From: Alphaproteobacteria bacterium
GTDB lineage: Bacteria; Pseudomonadota; Alphaproteobacteria; MPNO01
NCBI GenBank assembly: GCA_965248835.1
Contig: CBDFLJ010000001.1
Location: 960,001-1,024,000, forward strand
DNA length: 64,000 bases
Direction: 5' to 3'
Under the pieces are notes generated by a model that worked only from the letters and a program-made list of their open reading frames with translations, had not been told where the DNA came from and did no database searches. A program made the translations under genes and the position numbers. Shown piece by piece: positions 38,016 through 48,572 of this stretch (position 1 is the first letter of the stretch; every line of letters begins with the position of its first letter).

Positions 38016-39311
38016 ATGACGGAATCGCTGATCGGTTTCGCCATCCTCCTGTTCATGGTGTTCATGGGCTTCCCGCTGGGATTCGCCATGGTGGTGGTCG
38101 GCTTTGCCGGGTTCGGGCTGGTGCGCGGCTGGGAACCCGCACTGGAAACCGTGGGACAGCTGATCCTCGACTTCGCGATGAGCTATTCCTTCTCGGTGCT
38201 TCCGCTGTTCGTGCTGATGGGCGCGTTCGTCTACCGGGCGGCGTTGTCGGAGGACCTCTATGACGCCTCGAACGCCTGGCTGGGCCACTACAAGGGCGGC
38301 CTCGCGATGGCGACGGTGGCCGCGTGCGGCGGTTTCAGCGCGGTCTCCGGAAGCTCGGTGGCCACGGCGGCGACCATGGCCAAAGTCGCCATGCCGTCGA
38401 TGCGCCGCTACGGGTACAACGAGAACCTGGCCGCCGGCACGATCGCCGCGGGCGGCACGATGGGCATCCTGATTCCGCCGAGCATCGCCCTGGTGATATA
38501 CGGAATCATCGTCGAGGAAGACGTCGGCAAGCTGTTCATCGCCGGCATCATTCCGGGGATAATTACCGTCCTGCTCTACATCGCCGTGATCAAGGCCCTG
38601 ATCACGATCCGGCCGGGACTGGGGCCGCCGGGCCCCTGGACACCGTGGAAGGAACGGTTCCGCGCGCTCAGGGGTGTCTGGGGGATGGTGGTCCTGTTCG
38701 TTCTGGTCCTGGGCGGCATCTATCTCGGTGTGTTCACCCCCACCGAGGCCGGCGGGATCGGCGCCGTGGGTGCGGTCGTCTTCGCGGTGTCACGCCGCAG
38801 GATGGGCTGGAGGGGATTCTTCAGCGCGCTCGTCGAAGCCGGACAGACCACGGCGATGGTCTTCAGCGTCGCGTTCGGCGCCATCATCCTGTCCAACTTC
38901 ATGAACATTTCGGGCATGCCCAACCAGATCGTCGACTGGGTCAATTCGCTCGATATCGCGCCCATCGCCGTGATCCTGGTGATCTGCCTGATCTATATCG
39001 CCCTCGGCTGCGTGTTCGAGGGTATCGGGATGATCCTGCTGACGGTGCCGATTTTCTACCCGGTGGTTCAGAGCCTGGGCTTCGACCTGATCTGGTTCGG
39101 AATCGTCGTCATCATGGTCACGGAAATCAGCCTCATCACGCCGCCCATCGGAATGAACGTGTTCGTGCTCAAGACGATCATGCCGGAAATGTCGTTGTGG
39201 GGAATTTTCGCCGGTATCAGCCCGTTCTTTGCCGCCGATATCATCCGCCTGCTCCTGATCATCTTCATTCCCGGGCTGGCGCTGTTTCTCCCCGGTCTGA
39301 TGGGCGGATAG
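38016..39311 (+). CDS. dctM: TRAP transporter large permease
   Basis: PLFVLMG, SGSSVATAA, GILIPPS, FTPTEAG, ITPPIG. Confidence 0.93.
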   Translation: MTESLIGFAILLFMVFMGFPLGFAMVVVGFAGFGLVRGWEPALETVGQLILDFAMSYSFSVLPLFVLMGAFVYRAALSEDLYDASNAWLGHYKGGLAMATVAACGGFSAVSGSSVATAATMAKVAMPSMRRYGYNENLAAGTIAAGGTMGILIPPSIALVIYGIIVEEDVGKLFIAGIIPGIITVLLYIAVIKALITIRPGLGPPGPWTPWKERFRALRGVWGMVVLFVLVLGGIYLGVFTPTEAGGIGAVGAVVFAVSRRRMGWRGFFSALVEAGQTTAMVFSVAFGAIILSNFMNISGMPNQIVDWVNSLDIAPIAVILVICLIYIALGCVFEGIGMILLTVPIFYPVVQSLGFDLIWFGIVVIMVTEISLITPPIGMNVFVLKTIMPEMSLWGIFAGISPFFAADIIRLLLIIFIPGLALFLPGLMGG

Positions 39312-39397
39312 CGGACGGCGGGGCGTCGGCGAGGGCGTTCCCGGCCCTTGCCCGCCATCCATGCGTCGTCGGCCTTCGCGCGGTGAGTGGTATGCGC

Positions 39398-39565
39398 TCA
39401 CATGTCGGCGGCCAGATCGTCGAAATCGATCCCGCCGCGCCCGCCGCAGCGCACCAGCTCGACGACCGGTCGGCCGTGTTTGGTGATGACCACGCGCTCG
39501 CCGCTCCGGGCGGCGGCGGCGAGCTCGGAAAGGCGGGCCTTCGCCTCACGCAGGGCAAGTTCCAT
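39398..39565 (-). CDS. Phd/YefM-family antitoxin, short and orphan (possibly truncated)
   Basis: REAKARLSEL...GERVVITKHGRPVVELV. Confidence 0.75.
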   Translation of the reverse strand: MELALREAKARLSELAAAARSGERVVITKHGRPVVELVRCGGRGGIDFDDLAADM

Positions 39566-39849
39566 GATCGAACGCTCCCGATGACCGGTTCGAGTCGGTA
39601 CTCTGCCCGTGGTACCGCCAATCAACACTACAATGTGGCCGCCGCGATTTCGGCCCTGCCTTGCGGCCGGCCACGGAGACCGCCGCCGCTGCCGCGCCGG
39701 GTTCGACCGCCGCGCGGGCGCGGCATCGTCCGCGGCGCCGTCTGTGGACCGATGCCGTTACGCCGTGGTAACCGTTGCCGGCCGTGGAGTGCATCGACGG
39801 GATGGCCCGCTTTGCCGGTTGGAGTCTTTCACACAAGGGAAGCAGCGTC

Positions 39850-42126
39850 ATGAACGGCGGGGGTCTCGTTTGCCGCCTTCCTGAGGTGTTCGCCAAGGCA
39901 ATAGGCGGCACTGTCGCCGCTTTCCTGCTCGCGGCCCTGGTTTCCCTGGCCCTGCCGACCAGTGCCGGCGCCCAGACGATCACGCTGACGGATACGAACG
40001 GAGACGCTTTAAGCGCCGTGGCCGAGGACGCCGGCGCGACCGATGTGACGGTGACGATCACACTGAACGCGGCCCTGGCTCGCTTCAGAAATGGATTGTG
40101 TATGTGGGCGCACAAATCGACACGGCGACGGAGCAGTCTAATCTGGTTTTAGAGAGGTACTGGGACTACGAGCGGTTTGACACCGGCGCGGTGTCCATCG
40201 GGGGCAACGAGACAAGCGGCACCACCACGATCTCTTTGACGCCGATCCAGGACAGCGTGTACGAGGGTGACGAGACGCTGACCGTGGGCGCCGTGCTGGT
40301 GGGCACCCACGGCAGTCGGGACCACGGTGACGATCACCGACGACAATGGGCCGCCGACCGGGATTACGCTGTCGGTCACCCCGGCGAGCGTGGCCGAGGG
40401 GGCCGTCTCGACCGAGGTGACGGTGACGGCGACGGTGAACGGCGGCACGACCTTCGGCACCCCCCAGGACGTGACGGTGGAGGTGGGCAAGGATGGCGAC
40501 GCGGCGGTGAAGGGGACCGACTACGCGACGGTCGCCGACTTCACGTTGACAATCCCGGCCAGCGCCGAGACCGCTACCGGCACGTTCAGCCTCGATCCGA
40601 CCCAGGACGGGGTGGACGAAGGGACCGGCGAGACGCTGAGCGTGCACGGCACGCTGAGCGGGGTGACGGTCATCGGGACCGAGCTGACGATCGTCGACGA
40701 CGTGGAGGCCGCCGTGGCAGCGCGTCGGAACCGGGTCAACGAGGAAGTGTTGCCCCAGGTCGCCCAGGCGTTGGCGGCGAGCACGCTGTCGGCGATCACC
40801 GGCCGCATCGATTCGGTGGTCTCGGGCGCCGCGCCGGGAGGATTGAACCTGGCCGGCCAATCGAGCCTTCACCATGTCCTGAAGTCCAACGAGCGGGCGC
40901 TTGAGGACGGCACGCTGAGCTTGGCCCAGGTGCTGGGCGGCTCATCGTTCGCGCTGCCGCTGAACGCCGCCGCGGACGGCAACTCCGGCGGTCTAGGCGG
41001 TCTCACGGTATGGGGCAACGGCGACTACCGCAAGCTGTCCGGTGCCGAGGACGGCACGGTCGACTGGGACGGCGACATCTTCAGCTTCCATCTCGGCGCG
41101 GATATGCGGGTGCGGCCCGATCTCCTGGCCGGTCTGTCGGTGTCCCGGTCGCTGGGCTCGTTCGACTATACGGACCGGACCGATCCCATGGTGGTGGAAG
41201 GCAGCTATGAGAGCCGCATGACCAGCGTGCACCCCTATGTGAACTGGTCTTCACCCGAGGGTCTGGACCTGTGGGCGACGGTCGGCTATGGCCGAGGCGA
41301 GATCGAGATCGCCGACGATGTGGGCGGCAGCGATTCGAGCGACACCACGCTGAAGGCGGCGGCTGTGGGTGCGAGCGGCAAGCTGTTCTCGGAGGAGGAC
41401 GCGCTGATCGGCGGCACGGCGACGCTGCGGCTCAAAGGCGAAGGCTCTTTGGCGCAGGTCAAGGTGGAGGGCAACGGCCGGATCAACCCGCTGACCTCGG
41501 ACGTTCAACGTCTTCGTCTGTCTCTGGAAGGCAGCCATGAGCGGCAGCTTGCATCGGGCGGGCGTCTGACCCCGTCGGTGGAAGTGGGGCTGCGCCATGA
41601 CGCCGGCGATGCGATGACCGGCACCGGGTTGGAGCTCGGCGGCCGTCTGCGCTATGTGGACCCGGCCTCGGGTCTGACGCTGGAGGGCCACGGTCGGGTG
41701 CTTGTCGCCCACGAGGACGACCATGAGGACTGGGGCATCGGCGGTCTGGTCCGCCTCGACCCGGGCACCGACCGGCGGGGGCTGTCGCTCAGCCTGGTCC
41801 CGGCCTGGGGCGGGGCGGCGAGTGGTGTGCGAAAATTGTGGGATGGGGGCACAATCGATGCGCCGGCCAACGACAACACGTCCGCGGGCCGGCTGGAGGC
41901 GGAGTTCGGCTACGGCCTCGCCGGTCTTGTCGGTCTCGGCGGCCGCGGCGTGGTGACGCCGTTTGCCGGTCTCTCGCTGGCGGGCGAGGGTGCCCGGCGT
42001 TACCGCGTGGGCGGGCGCCTGGAGGTCGCGCCGGCGGTCCGTTTGAGCCTCGAGGGCGAGCGCCGGGAGAGCGAGACCGGGACGCCCGACCATGGCGTGA
42101 TGCTGCGCGGCCAACTGCGCTGGTAG
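39850..42126 (+). pseudogene. Autotransporter-like surface protein (Calx-beta/Ig-like passenger + C-terminal beta-barrel), frameshifted near 40080 and 40306
   Basis: Signal peptide; repeats SVAE...VTVT...DY...F.LTP.QD...EGDETL; barrel from 40327 ending GQLRW; three fragments in frames 1/0/1. Confidence 0.75.
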
Positions 42127-42225
42127 CCGAAGGCCCGCGCATCCGGCAGCGCTTGATGCACGCGAGCACCCGGCCTACGAAGCGGCGCGCGGAGACGGAC
42201 GTCGAACGGACGGCGGGGAGACGAC

Positions 42226-43071
42226 ATGGGATCGGTTTCATATCGGACAAGCGCTTATGACCGGATGATCACCGCTGCGGTCGTCTTCGCCATGTGCCTT
42301 ATCTCGGCTTTCGCACCCGATGCGCGTGCAGCGGACTCGAAATGGTATGTCGGGGCGAGCATACCGCTCATGTTCATCGACGACACGAAAACCGACACGG
42401 ACGGGAGCACCGCTACGCCGAACGGCCCCCTCCAGTACACGGCAAAGGCCGTCACGGAGTACGAGACGGGGTTCAAGCTCGGCGGCGTTGTGGGCTACGC
42501 GCTCAGTGCAAACCTGCGTATCGAAGGCGAGCTGTTTTTCGCCAGGGCCAAGGTCGGCAAGCTGACCTATAGCGGAATAACCGCGCTCCCGCCGTCACCG
42601 GGGTCGGCGCTCACTCTTCCGGGCAAAACATCCATTCCCGTATCCGGTTCAGCCGATCAGTTGGGCGGCATGGTGAACCTCTGGTACGACTTCAATACCG
42701 GCTCCCGCTGGACGCCCTATATCGGCGGCGGCCTCGGCTTCATCCGGGTCGATATGGGCGACGTGAAGTACGACAGCAACGCGGTCGCGCAGACGGTTTC
42801 GGACAAACTGGACGAAATCGCAGGAACGGATTCGCCCGATCTACCTCAGGGGTATGTGCCTGAACTCTCCGCGGCCGATACCGCGTTCGCCTTCCAATTC
42901 GGCGCGGGAGTGGGCTACCAGCTTTCCGATGCCACGACAGTCCATCTGGGCTACCGCCTTCAAAACACCGACACGTTGAAGTTCAGCGGCGAGAATGCCA
43001 CGGCATCCGTCAATGCGGCGACCGATCTGCAGGTCCATCTCTTCGAAATCGGCATACGCTACCGCTTCTAG
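42226..43071 (+). CDS. Outer-membrane beta-barrel protein (OmpA-TM/opacity-like)
   Basis: Signal peptide, WYVG, LRIEGE, NLWYDF, TPYIGGGLG, FAFQFGAGVGY, terminal YRF. Confidence 0.85.
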   Translation: MGSVSYRTSAYDRMITAAVVFAMCLISAFAPDARAADSKWYVGASIPLMFIDDTKTDTDGSTATPNGPLQYTAKAVTEYETGFKLGGVVGYALSANLRIEGELFFARAKVGKLTYSGITALPPSPGSALTLPGKTSIPVSGSADQLGGMVNLWYDFNTGSRWTPYIGGGLGFIRVDMGDVKYDSNAVAQTVSDKLDEIAGTDSPDLPQGYVPELSAADTAFAFQFGAGVGYQLSDATTVHLGYRLQNTDTLKFSGENATASVNAATDLQVHLFEIGIRYRF

Positions 43072-43142
43072 GCCGCACGCGGACCCTGAACGACGTGTCC
43101 GGACTGGGCAGCGGAACCTGTGAGCCCTTGGGCCTGTAGTCG

Positions 43143-44718
43143 GTAAGCATTGGGTGAGGCGGCCCTTGTGAGATAGCTGTCCGAAGCCGCAGTCTTGCCT
43201 GATCTTCCGGAGATCGCTGGTGTCCACCATCGGCAAGTGGACACCGTCGGTGAGAGTTTGCGGTGAAGCGTCGGGTACGTCGGTTCTGGTCCGAGGACGA
43301 GAAGCGCCGGATCGTAGCTCAGACCTATGCTCCCGGCGTTTCGGTGTCTCAGGTGGCGCGTCGTTACGACGTAAGCCAACCTCGTCTTCAAGCGGATTGC
43401 GATCCGCGCTACCGGCCCGCGGCTGTCGGCGAGGCTGCGGCGTTCTTCCTTCCGGTCGAGGTGGTGTCGAGACCGTCTCCGCTGTCGGCGGCGCCTGGAC
43501 CGTTGGACGGGCGGATCGAGATTGCCTGTCGAGCGCTCATCGCGTGAGTGCCAGCGGGTCGTTCGATGTGGAAGCGCTGTGCCGCGTGGTCCGGGTATTG
43601 CGTGGATGATCCCGGTTCCGTCCTCGGCGCGGGTGCGGCTGGCGTGCGGGGTGAAGGAAATGCGCAAGGGGTTCCCCGCCAACGCGGCGGAGGCTGAGCG
43701 AATGCTGAAGGCGGATCCTTATTCGGGCCGTCTGTTCGTGTTCCGGGGCCGCTGCGGCGACCTGATCAAGATGATCTGGTGGGACGGCCAGGGAGCGCGC
43801 GTTCGGCCTGCTCTCGAACCGATGGCGGGCGAGCCTCACTCTCGAGGCGCCCGGAGCTAGATCGTTTCGTACGGCCGTCGGCGTCGGGCAGGAAGCTCGT
43901 CGTCACCCGGGCGCAGTTGTCGATGTTGCTGGAGGGGATCGACTGGCGGGCACCGCGGCGCACTTGGCGGCCGCTGGCCGCGAGCTAATAACTCGTTTAT
44001 AAACAATAATTTGACTGCCCTTTGGGCTTTCCATTGGTGGATCTTTCGGGTAGGGCGCCGCCATGCTCGAGGAGGCCGATGCCCTGCCCGACGACATCGT
44101 CGCGCTGAAGGCGATGGTGCTGACCTCGCGGGCCGAGATGGCGGCGCGGGAGGCCTAACTCCGCAACCGCGATCTTCTGATCGAGAAGCTCAAGCACCAG
44201 CTTGCAGGTCTGCGCCGGCAGCGCTTCGGGACCGGTTGGGAGGCCCTCGACCAGATCGCGCTGGGCCTGGCAGACGAAGAGATTGCACGGGCGGCGGTGG
44301 CTCCCGCGATCCCGACGCCCGGTGCCACGAGACAGCCGAAGCGTCGCCCCTGCCGGATCATCTGCCGCGCGAAGAGACGGTTCTCGTGCCGCGCAAGTGA
44401 TGCAGCGATGGCGGCCGTCATCTGAAGCGATCGGGCGAGGATGTCATCGAGGAGCTGGAATACGTCCCCAGGCGTTTTGTCGTGAAGTGCATCGTGCGCC
44501 GTTGCCGTCGCCGCCGATCGAGCGCGGCCGCCCGGTCCAGGCCTTCTGGCGCATGTGCTGGTCTTGAAGTACTGCGATCACCTGCCACCGTACCGTCAGT
44601 CCCGGACCTTCGCGCGCGAGGAGATCGATTTTGACTGCTCGACGCTGGCCGGCTGGGTCGGCAAGGCGACGCCGCTGCTGGACCCGCTGGCCGATGTCGT
44701 CGGCCGCCATGCACTGCG
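43143..44718 (+). mobile_element. Degenerate IS66-family element (left end GTAAGC..., tnpA about 43263-43609, tnpB 43606-43988, 5' part of tnpC 44063-44718)
   Basis: RRFWSEDEKRRIV...SVSQVARRYDV; [31 protein letters not shown]; LPDHLPREE, KYCDHLPPYRQS, STLAGWVG; multiple frameshifts and stops. Confidence 0.88.
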
Positions 44719-45388
44719 CGTGCCAGAAGTTGGTCATGCCGTTGGCCGTCGATTCCTGGACGATCTCGGTGCCGTCCTCGTCGGGGACCGCCTCCAGGAT
44801 GCCAAGCGCCTGTTCGGAGGCCGACTTCCTGTAGGCGACCTCGGCCAGGTGCGTGGGCTGGAACGTGAACGACCGTCCGCCGCCCGTGTTGCTCGCCCCC
44901 GCGGCGCCGATGGTGATGCCGGAGTCGAGATCTGCGAAGGAAAGTTCTTCCTTGTTCGAGCGGTGGACCCTGGGGCGTGCGGGTCGTTGTCGGCATAGCG
45001 CTTGATCACGTTGAACAGATTCGCCGTCGCGTCGTCGCGGTGCGTCACGGTCAGCGCCCGGACGCCGCGCTTGCGCGTGATCCCGGTGGTAGTTGCGGGG
45101 TCCAATATAGGTCGAGACCCCGACCTGGCGGGCTTTCAAGACCAGCGCCCGGACCCGACCCTTCTCGTGAAGCTGGTTGTCGAGCCGAACGTCGATCTCG
45201 CGCTGGGCGGCGTTGAACCGCAGCAGCTTGTCGTCGCCGGATTTCGGCCGGACCATGAGCGCGTCTCTCGCAAATGTCTCCAACGAGGTGCCATGGAGCG
45301 CCTTGTTTCGCTCGATCTCCGCCAACCGGCGCCAGGCTTCGACCCGGGCCGCCCGGCGGTAGTCGTCAATGGATTGCAGGCTGGTCAT
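44719..45388 (-). pseudogene. Phage terminase large subunit, N-terminal ATPase fragment
   Basis: FNAAQ, LVLKARQVGVSTY (Walker A), GRSFT...HLAEVA, QESTANG; frameshifted and truncated. Confidence 0.8.
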
Positions 45389-45652
45389 CCTCTGTCCTCA
45401 GGAACGTCCTCAACTCGTCCTCGGTCATGTCCTCGATCCGCTTCACGCTGATCTGGGACCTGTCGATGATCAGCCCGAGCACCTTGCCTTGCCCGTCGTC
45501 GCCGTGACGGCCGCCGCCACGGCGCCCCTCTTGCGCGCGAACTGGCGATCCTCGTCGAGCTGGCGGACGATGTCGGCCACCGTGATGTTCACCGACTTCG
45601 CGGCTCCGCGGCGGAGGTAGTCGACCCGCGCCTGGATGGCCGGCTTGTTCAT
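45366..45652 (-). pseudogene. Phage terminase small subunit-like fragment
   Basis: PAIQARVDYL, AAAVTATTGKA, then in a shifted frame LGLIIDR...IEDMTEDEL; directly upstream of terL. Confidence 0.6.
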
Positions 45653-45769
45653 TTACTGCGCCGCGTGTTTGTCGGGGCGCGCGTAACGGCCACGTCCCGA
45701 GTGATCCGACCGCCGACGTCCGGCGCGTCCGTTACAGGAGCGACGGATTCCCGGCATGGACGGTCGAGG

Positions 45770-46339
45770 ATGGCCAGGCTTTCCGGGAGCGTTATCCGGT
45801 CGGCACCAAGGTGCGGTTGGCGATGGAGTTGCTGTTGCTGACCGGGCTTCGGCGCTCGGACCTTGTGACGGCCGGACGCCGGCACCTTCGAGGGGCGTGT
45901 TCTTGATCCGCACGCAGAAGACGGGCGCCACGCTCACCGTGAAGTTCCCGCCTCGACTCATGGCGCTGATCAAGCAGTCGCCGACCGGCGATATGCACTT
46001 CATCGCGACTCAGGCCGGCGGGCCGTTCCGGCCCGAGAGCTTCGGAACTCGGTACGGGAACGCTGCCGCGACGTAGGGATCGCCAAGAACGCCCACGGGT
46101 TGCGCAAACTGTCCCCAACGCTCGCCGCAAACGGCGGCGTAGCGACGCATGAACTGATGGCACAGTACGGTTGGACGAAGATCGAGCAGGCCGAGGTCTA
46201 CACCCGCGGCGGCGATCGCGCCCATCTCGGCGTCCGGGCTTCGGAGATCGTCGAAGGGCAAATCGACAACAACTTTGCCCACACCTCCGAATCCGGTATG
46301 GGCAAAAGGCCGATTTCGTCAGAGAAATCAATCGCCTAA
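45770..46339 (+). pseudogene. Tyrosine recombinase/phage integrase, C-terminal fragments
   Basis: LLLLTGLRRSDLV, IRTQKTG, HGLRK, ELMAQYGW, EVYT (R-K-HxxR-W-Y) spread over three frames; ends next to the tRNA 3' end. Confidence 0.85.
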
Positions 46340-46347
46340 TTTTTGGC

Positions 46348-46424
46348 TGGCGACCCCGGCAGGATTTGAACCTGCGACCTACGGATTAGGAATCCGTCGC
46401 TCTATCCGACTGAGCTACGGGGCC
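46348..46424 (-). tRNA. tRNA-Arg(CCT)
   Basis: GGCCCCGTAGCTCAGTCGGATAGAGCGACGGATTCCTAATCCGTAGGTCGCAGGTTCAAATCCTGCCGGGGTCGCCA; 77 nt, cloverleaf, anticodon CCT, encoded CCA. Confidence 0.96.
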
Positions 46425-46504
46425 GCTGGGCGTGGGATAACGCAGGCCGGGTGGCAGGGCAATGGACCTCGGACACGACAGCGCCGGACACCCCCAAGTC
46501 CGCC

Positions 46505-47350
46505 CTACGCCGCCATGTCCCACCACACGCAGCCCATGCCGCAGCGCAGCGCGACCGTGGGCTCGTAGCAGATGGTCCGGGCCGGGCGCGCCTCGGCAGC
46601 GGCCATGGCGGCGAGCCAGGACAGGAGTTCGGTGGTGCCGCCGTCGCCGGCGGCCGCCATGCGCTCGGGCGTGGTCCATTCGAGGACCTTCTCGGGCGCG
46701 CCCTCACCCAGCAGGGCCAGGAAATCGCGGTCGAACTGCTCGTCCACGGCGAAGTATTTGGGGCCGCCGGGGTCGTGGGAGAGGCCGCCGGTGCCCATGA
46801 TGGCGACCCGCTCTCCGGCCGGACGGCAGGTGCGGATGATGTCGGCGATCTCGCGGCCCACCCGGTAGCACTCCTCGGGGGCCGGCACCGGCGGGACGAT
46901 GCAGTTCATGTGGATCGGGACCAGCGGGATGTCGTGGTCGGGCGTAAGGTAGAGCAGGGGCACCGACCAGTTGTCGTCGAACAGCAGGCTGTCGGAATAT
47001 GCCAAGCGCAGACCGCGCCGGTCGCCCTCGCGCACCAGTGTCCTGGCGATTTCGGGATGGCCCGCTACCTCGTAGGGCGGCACGTTCAGCCAGTCGGAGA
47101 ACCATTCGGCCGGCCCGGCCCAGCGGGCCGCGGTGCCGACCAGGAAATCGGTGCCCGAGTCCAGCGGGATGTTGAGGAGGTGGTCGTTGGCAAGCCCGAT
47201 GATCACGTCGGGCCGGGTGGCGCGCAGCAGCCGGCCGAGCTCGTGGAAGCCCCTGGTGAGGTTTTCCTGCTGCTCCGGGGTGGCCTGGTCGAGCCAGCCG
47301 GTCATCCCCGGGGCGTGGCTAAGGGCGAGCGTTGCGACGATCTCAGCCAT
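46505..47350 (-). CDS. Class III extradiol ring-cleavage dioxygenase (LigB/MhpB-like)
   Basis: SHAPG, RPDVII...NDH, VPL, GTGGLSH, FDR.FL, ELLSW. Confidence 0.85.
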   Translation of the reverse strand: MAEIVATLALSHAPGMTGWLDQATPEQQENLTRGFHELGRLLRATRPDVIIGLANDHLLNIPLDSGTDFLVGTAARWAGPAEWFSDWLNVPPYEVAGHPEIARTLVREGDRRGLRLAYSDSLLFDDNWSVPLLYLTPDHDIPLVPIHMNCIVPPVPAPEECYRVGREIADIIRTCRPAGERVAIMGTGGLSHDPGGPKYFAVDEQFDRDFLALLGEGAPEKVLEWTTPERMAAAGDGGTTELLSWLAAMAAAEARPARTICYEPTVALRCGMGCVWWDMAA

Positions 47351-47362
47351 GGCAAGACCTCC

Positions 47363-47959
47363 TCAGCGGGTGTCGGGGTGCCAGCCGGGGCCGGCGAGCT
47401 CGGTCGGCAGCGCGCCGTCATAGCCCTCGGCGTTCTCGATCTGCTCGACCCAATCCAGACCCATCGCCTTGAAAATCCGGTTGGTCATCACGATCAGCCG
47501 CGCCTCGCCTTCGGGGTCGGCGTTGACGTGCTGCTTGATGCAATAGGCCGGGATGAAGACGAAGTCGCCCTTGACCCAATCGAAGCGCTTGGGCTCGTCA
47601 GCCCAGGTCCAGGTGAAGTCGACGTCGACCTCGAAGTTTACGTCCCAGTGGAGATCGTACCCCTTGCCCTCGGCGACGTAGACGATCTGTTCGGCGAGCT
47701 TGCGCGACCTGCCCGACTTGCCGCCGGGCGGCAGGAACTGCATGTAGACGTCAAGGCAGCACTCGGTGGTGTTGAGCTTCTCGTGGACCATATGCTTCAA
47801 AAGCCCGTCCGGAGAGTTCTCGAACGGCATATCCCCGGCCTTGATCACCGTGAAGCGCTTGCGGTAGTCGGCCCGGAATTCGGCCGATTCCTGCAGCCAC
47901 TCGGCGTAGATGTCTGCCGTCTTATCGCCCTGGTGGGCGAGGTCTTTTTCGTCAGCCAA
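47363..47959 (-). CDS. Cupin-fold protein with a degenerate metal site
   Basis: LPPGGKSGRSRKLAEQIVYVAEGKGY, FIPAYCIKQHVN. Confidence 0.75.
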   Translation of the reverse strand: MADEKDLAHQGDKTADIYAEWLQESAEFRADYRKRFTVIKAGDMPFENSPDGLLKHMVHEKLNTTECCLDVYMQFLPPGGKSGRSRKLAEQIVYVAEGKGYDLHWDVNFEVDVDFTWTWADEPKRFDWVKGDFVFIPAYCIKQHVNADPEGEARLIVMTNRIFKAMGLDWVEQIENAEGYDGALPTELAGPGWHPDTR

Positions 47960-47969
47960 CGCGGTGCTC

Positions 47970-48572
47970 CTAAATGTCCTTCGGCGGGGTCCAGTCTTCC
48001 CAGCCCGGCACCGCCTCCTTGGGCGGGTACTTGGCGATCTTCTGGAACAGCATGTGCATGAACAGGAACAAGGGCTTGGCCTTCATCACCAGCAGCACCA
48101 GGTCTTCGTCGTCGGAGGCGTTGAAGTGCTGGTGCACGCAGCCGTTCTCGACCACCATGATATCGCCCGCCTCGTAGTCGAAGCGCTTGCCGTCGTGGAT
48201 GTCGTAGCCCCTGCCGCGCAGGCAGTAGAAGATCGCCGAGTTCATGTGGCCGTGGCGCTGCCCGGTGCCCTGAGGCGCGATGACCGAGATGTGGGTCTCG
48301 ATCGATTGGGCGATGTCGGTTTTCATCGGGTTGATGATCGACTTGTCGAAGAGCTGCGGGCCGCCGCGCCATTCCTGGTCGAGCGCACCGTAGACCCGCG
48401 GCTGGCTGTAGAGCGCCTCCTGGAGCTCGCCGTAGGTGCCTTCCAGCGCGCGCACGAAGGTGCGCTTCCTCTGCCAGCGCTCCCAGACCACCTCCTTGGG
48501 CCGGTTGTGGCCGATTCCGGCCTCCGTGGTGCCGGCCTCGATGCCGGCGGGACCGGTCGGGCGATCGTCCAT
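47970..48572 (-). CDS. Cupin domain protein (gentisate dioxygenase-like half)
   Basis: QRHGHMNSAIFYCLRGRGY, GDIMVV..GCVHQHFN. Confidence 0.8.
   Translation of the reverse strand: MDDRPTGPAGIEAGTTEAGIGHNRPKEVVWERWQRKRTFVRALEGTYGELQEALYSQPRVYGALDQEWRGGPQLFDKSIINPMKTDIAQSIETHISVIAPQGTGQRHGHMNSAIFYCLRGRGYDIHDGKRFDYEAGDIMVVENGCVHQHFNASDDEDLVLLVMKAKPLFLFMHMLFQKIAKYPPKEAVPGWEDWTPPKDI

Noticed and set aside
40080-40190. DGR variable region in the autotransporter
   Set aside because: No template repeat or reverse transcriptase in the window, and the codons do not follow an NNY pattern
44444-45388. 314-aa ORF as an intact gene
   Set aside because: Chimera of frameshifted terL sequence and antisense IS66 tnpC
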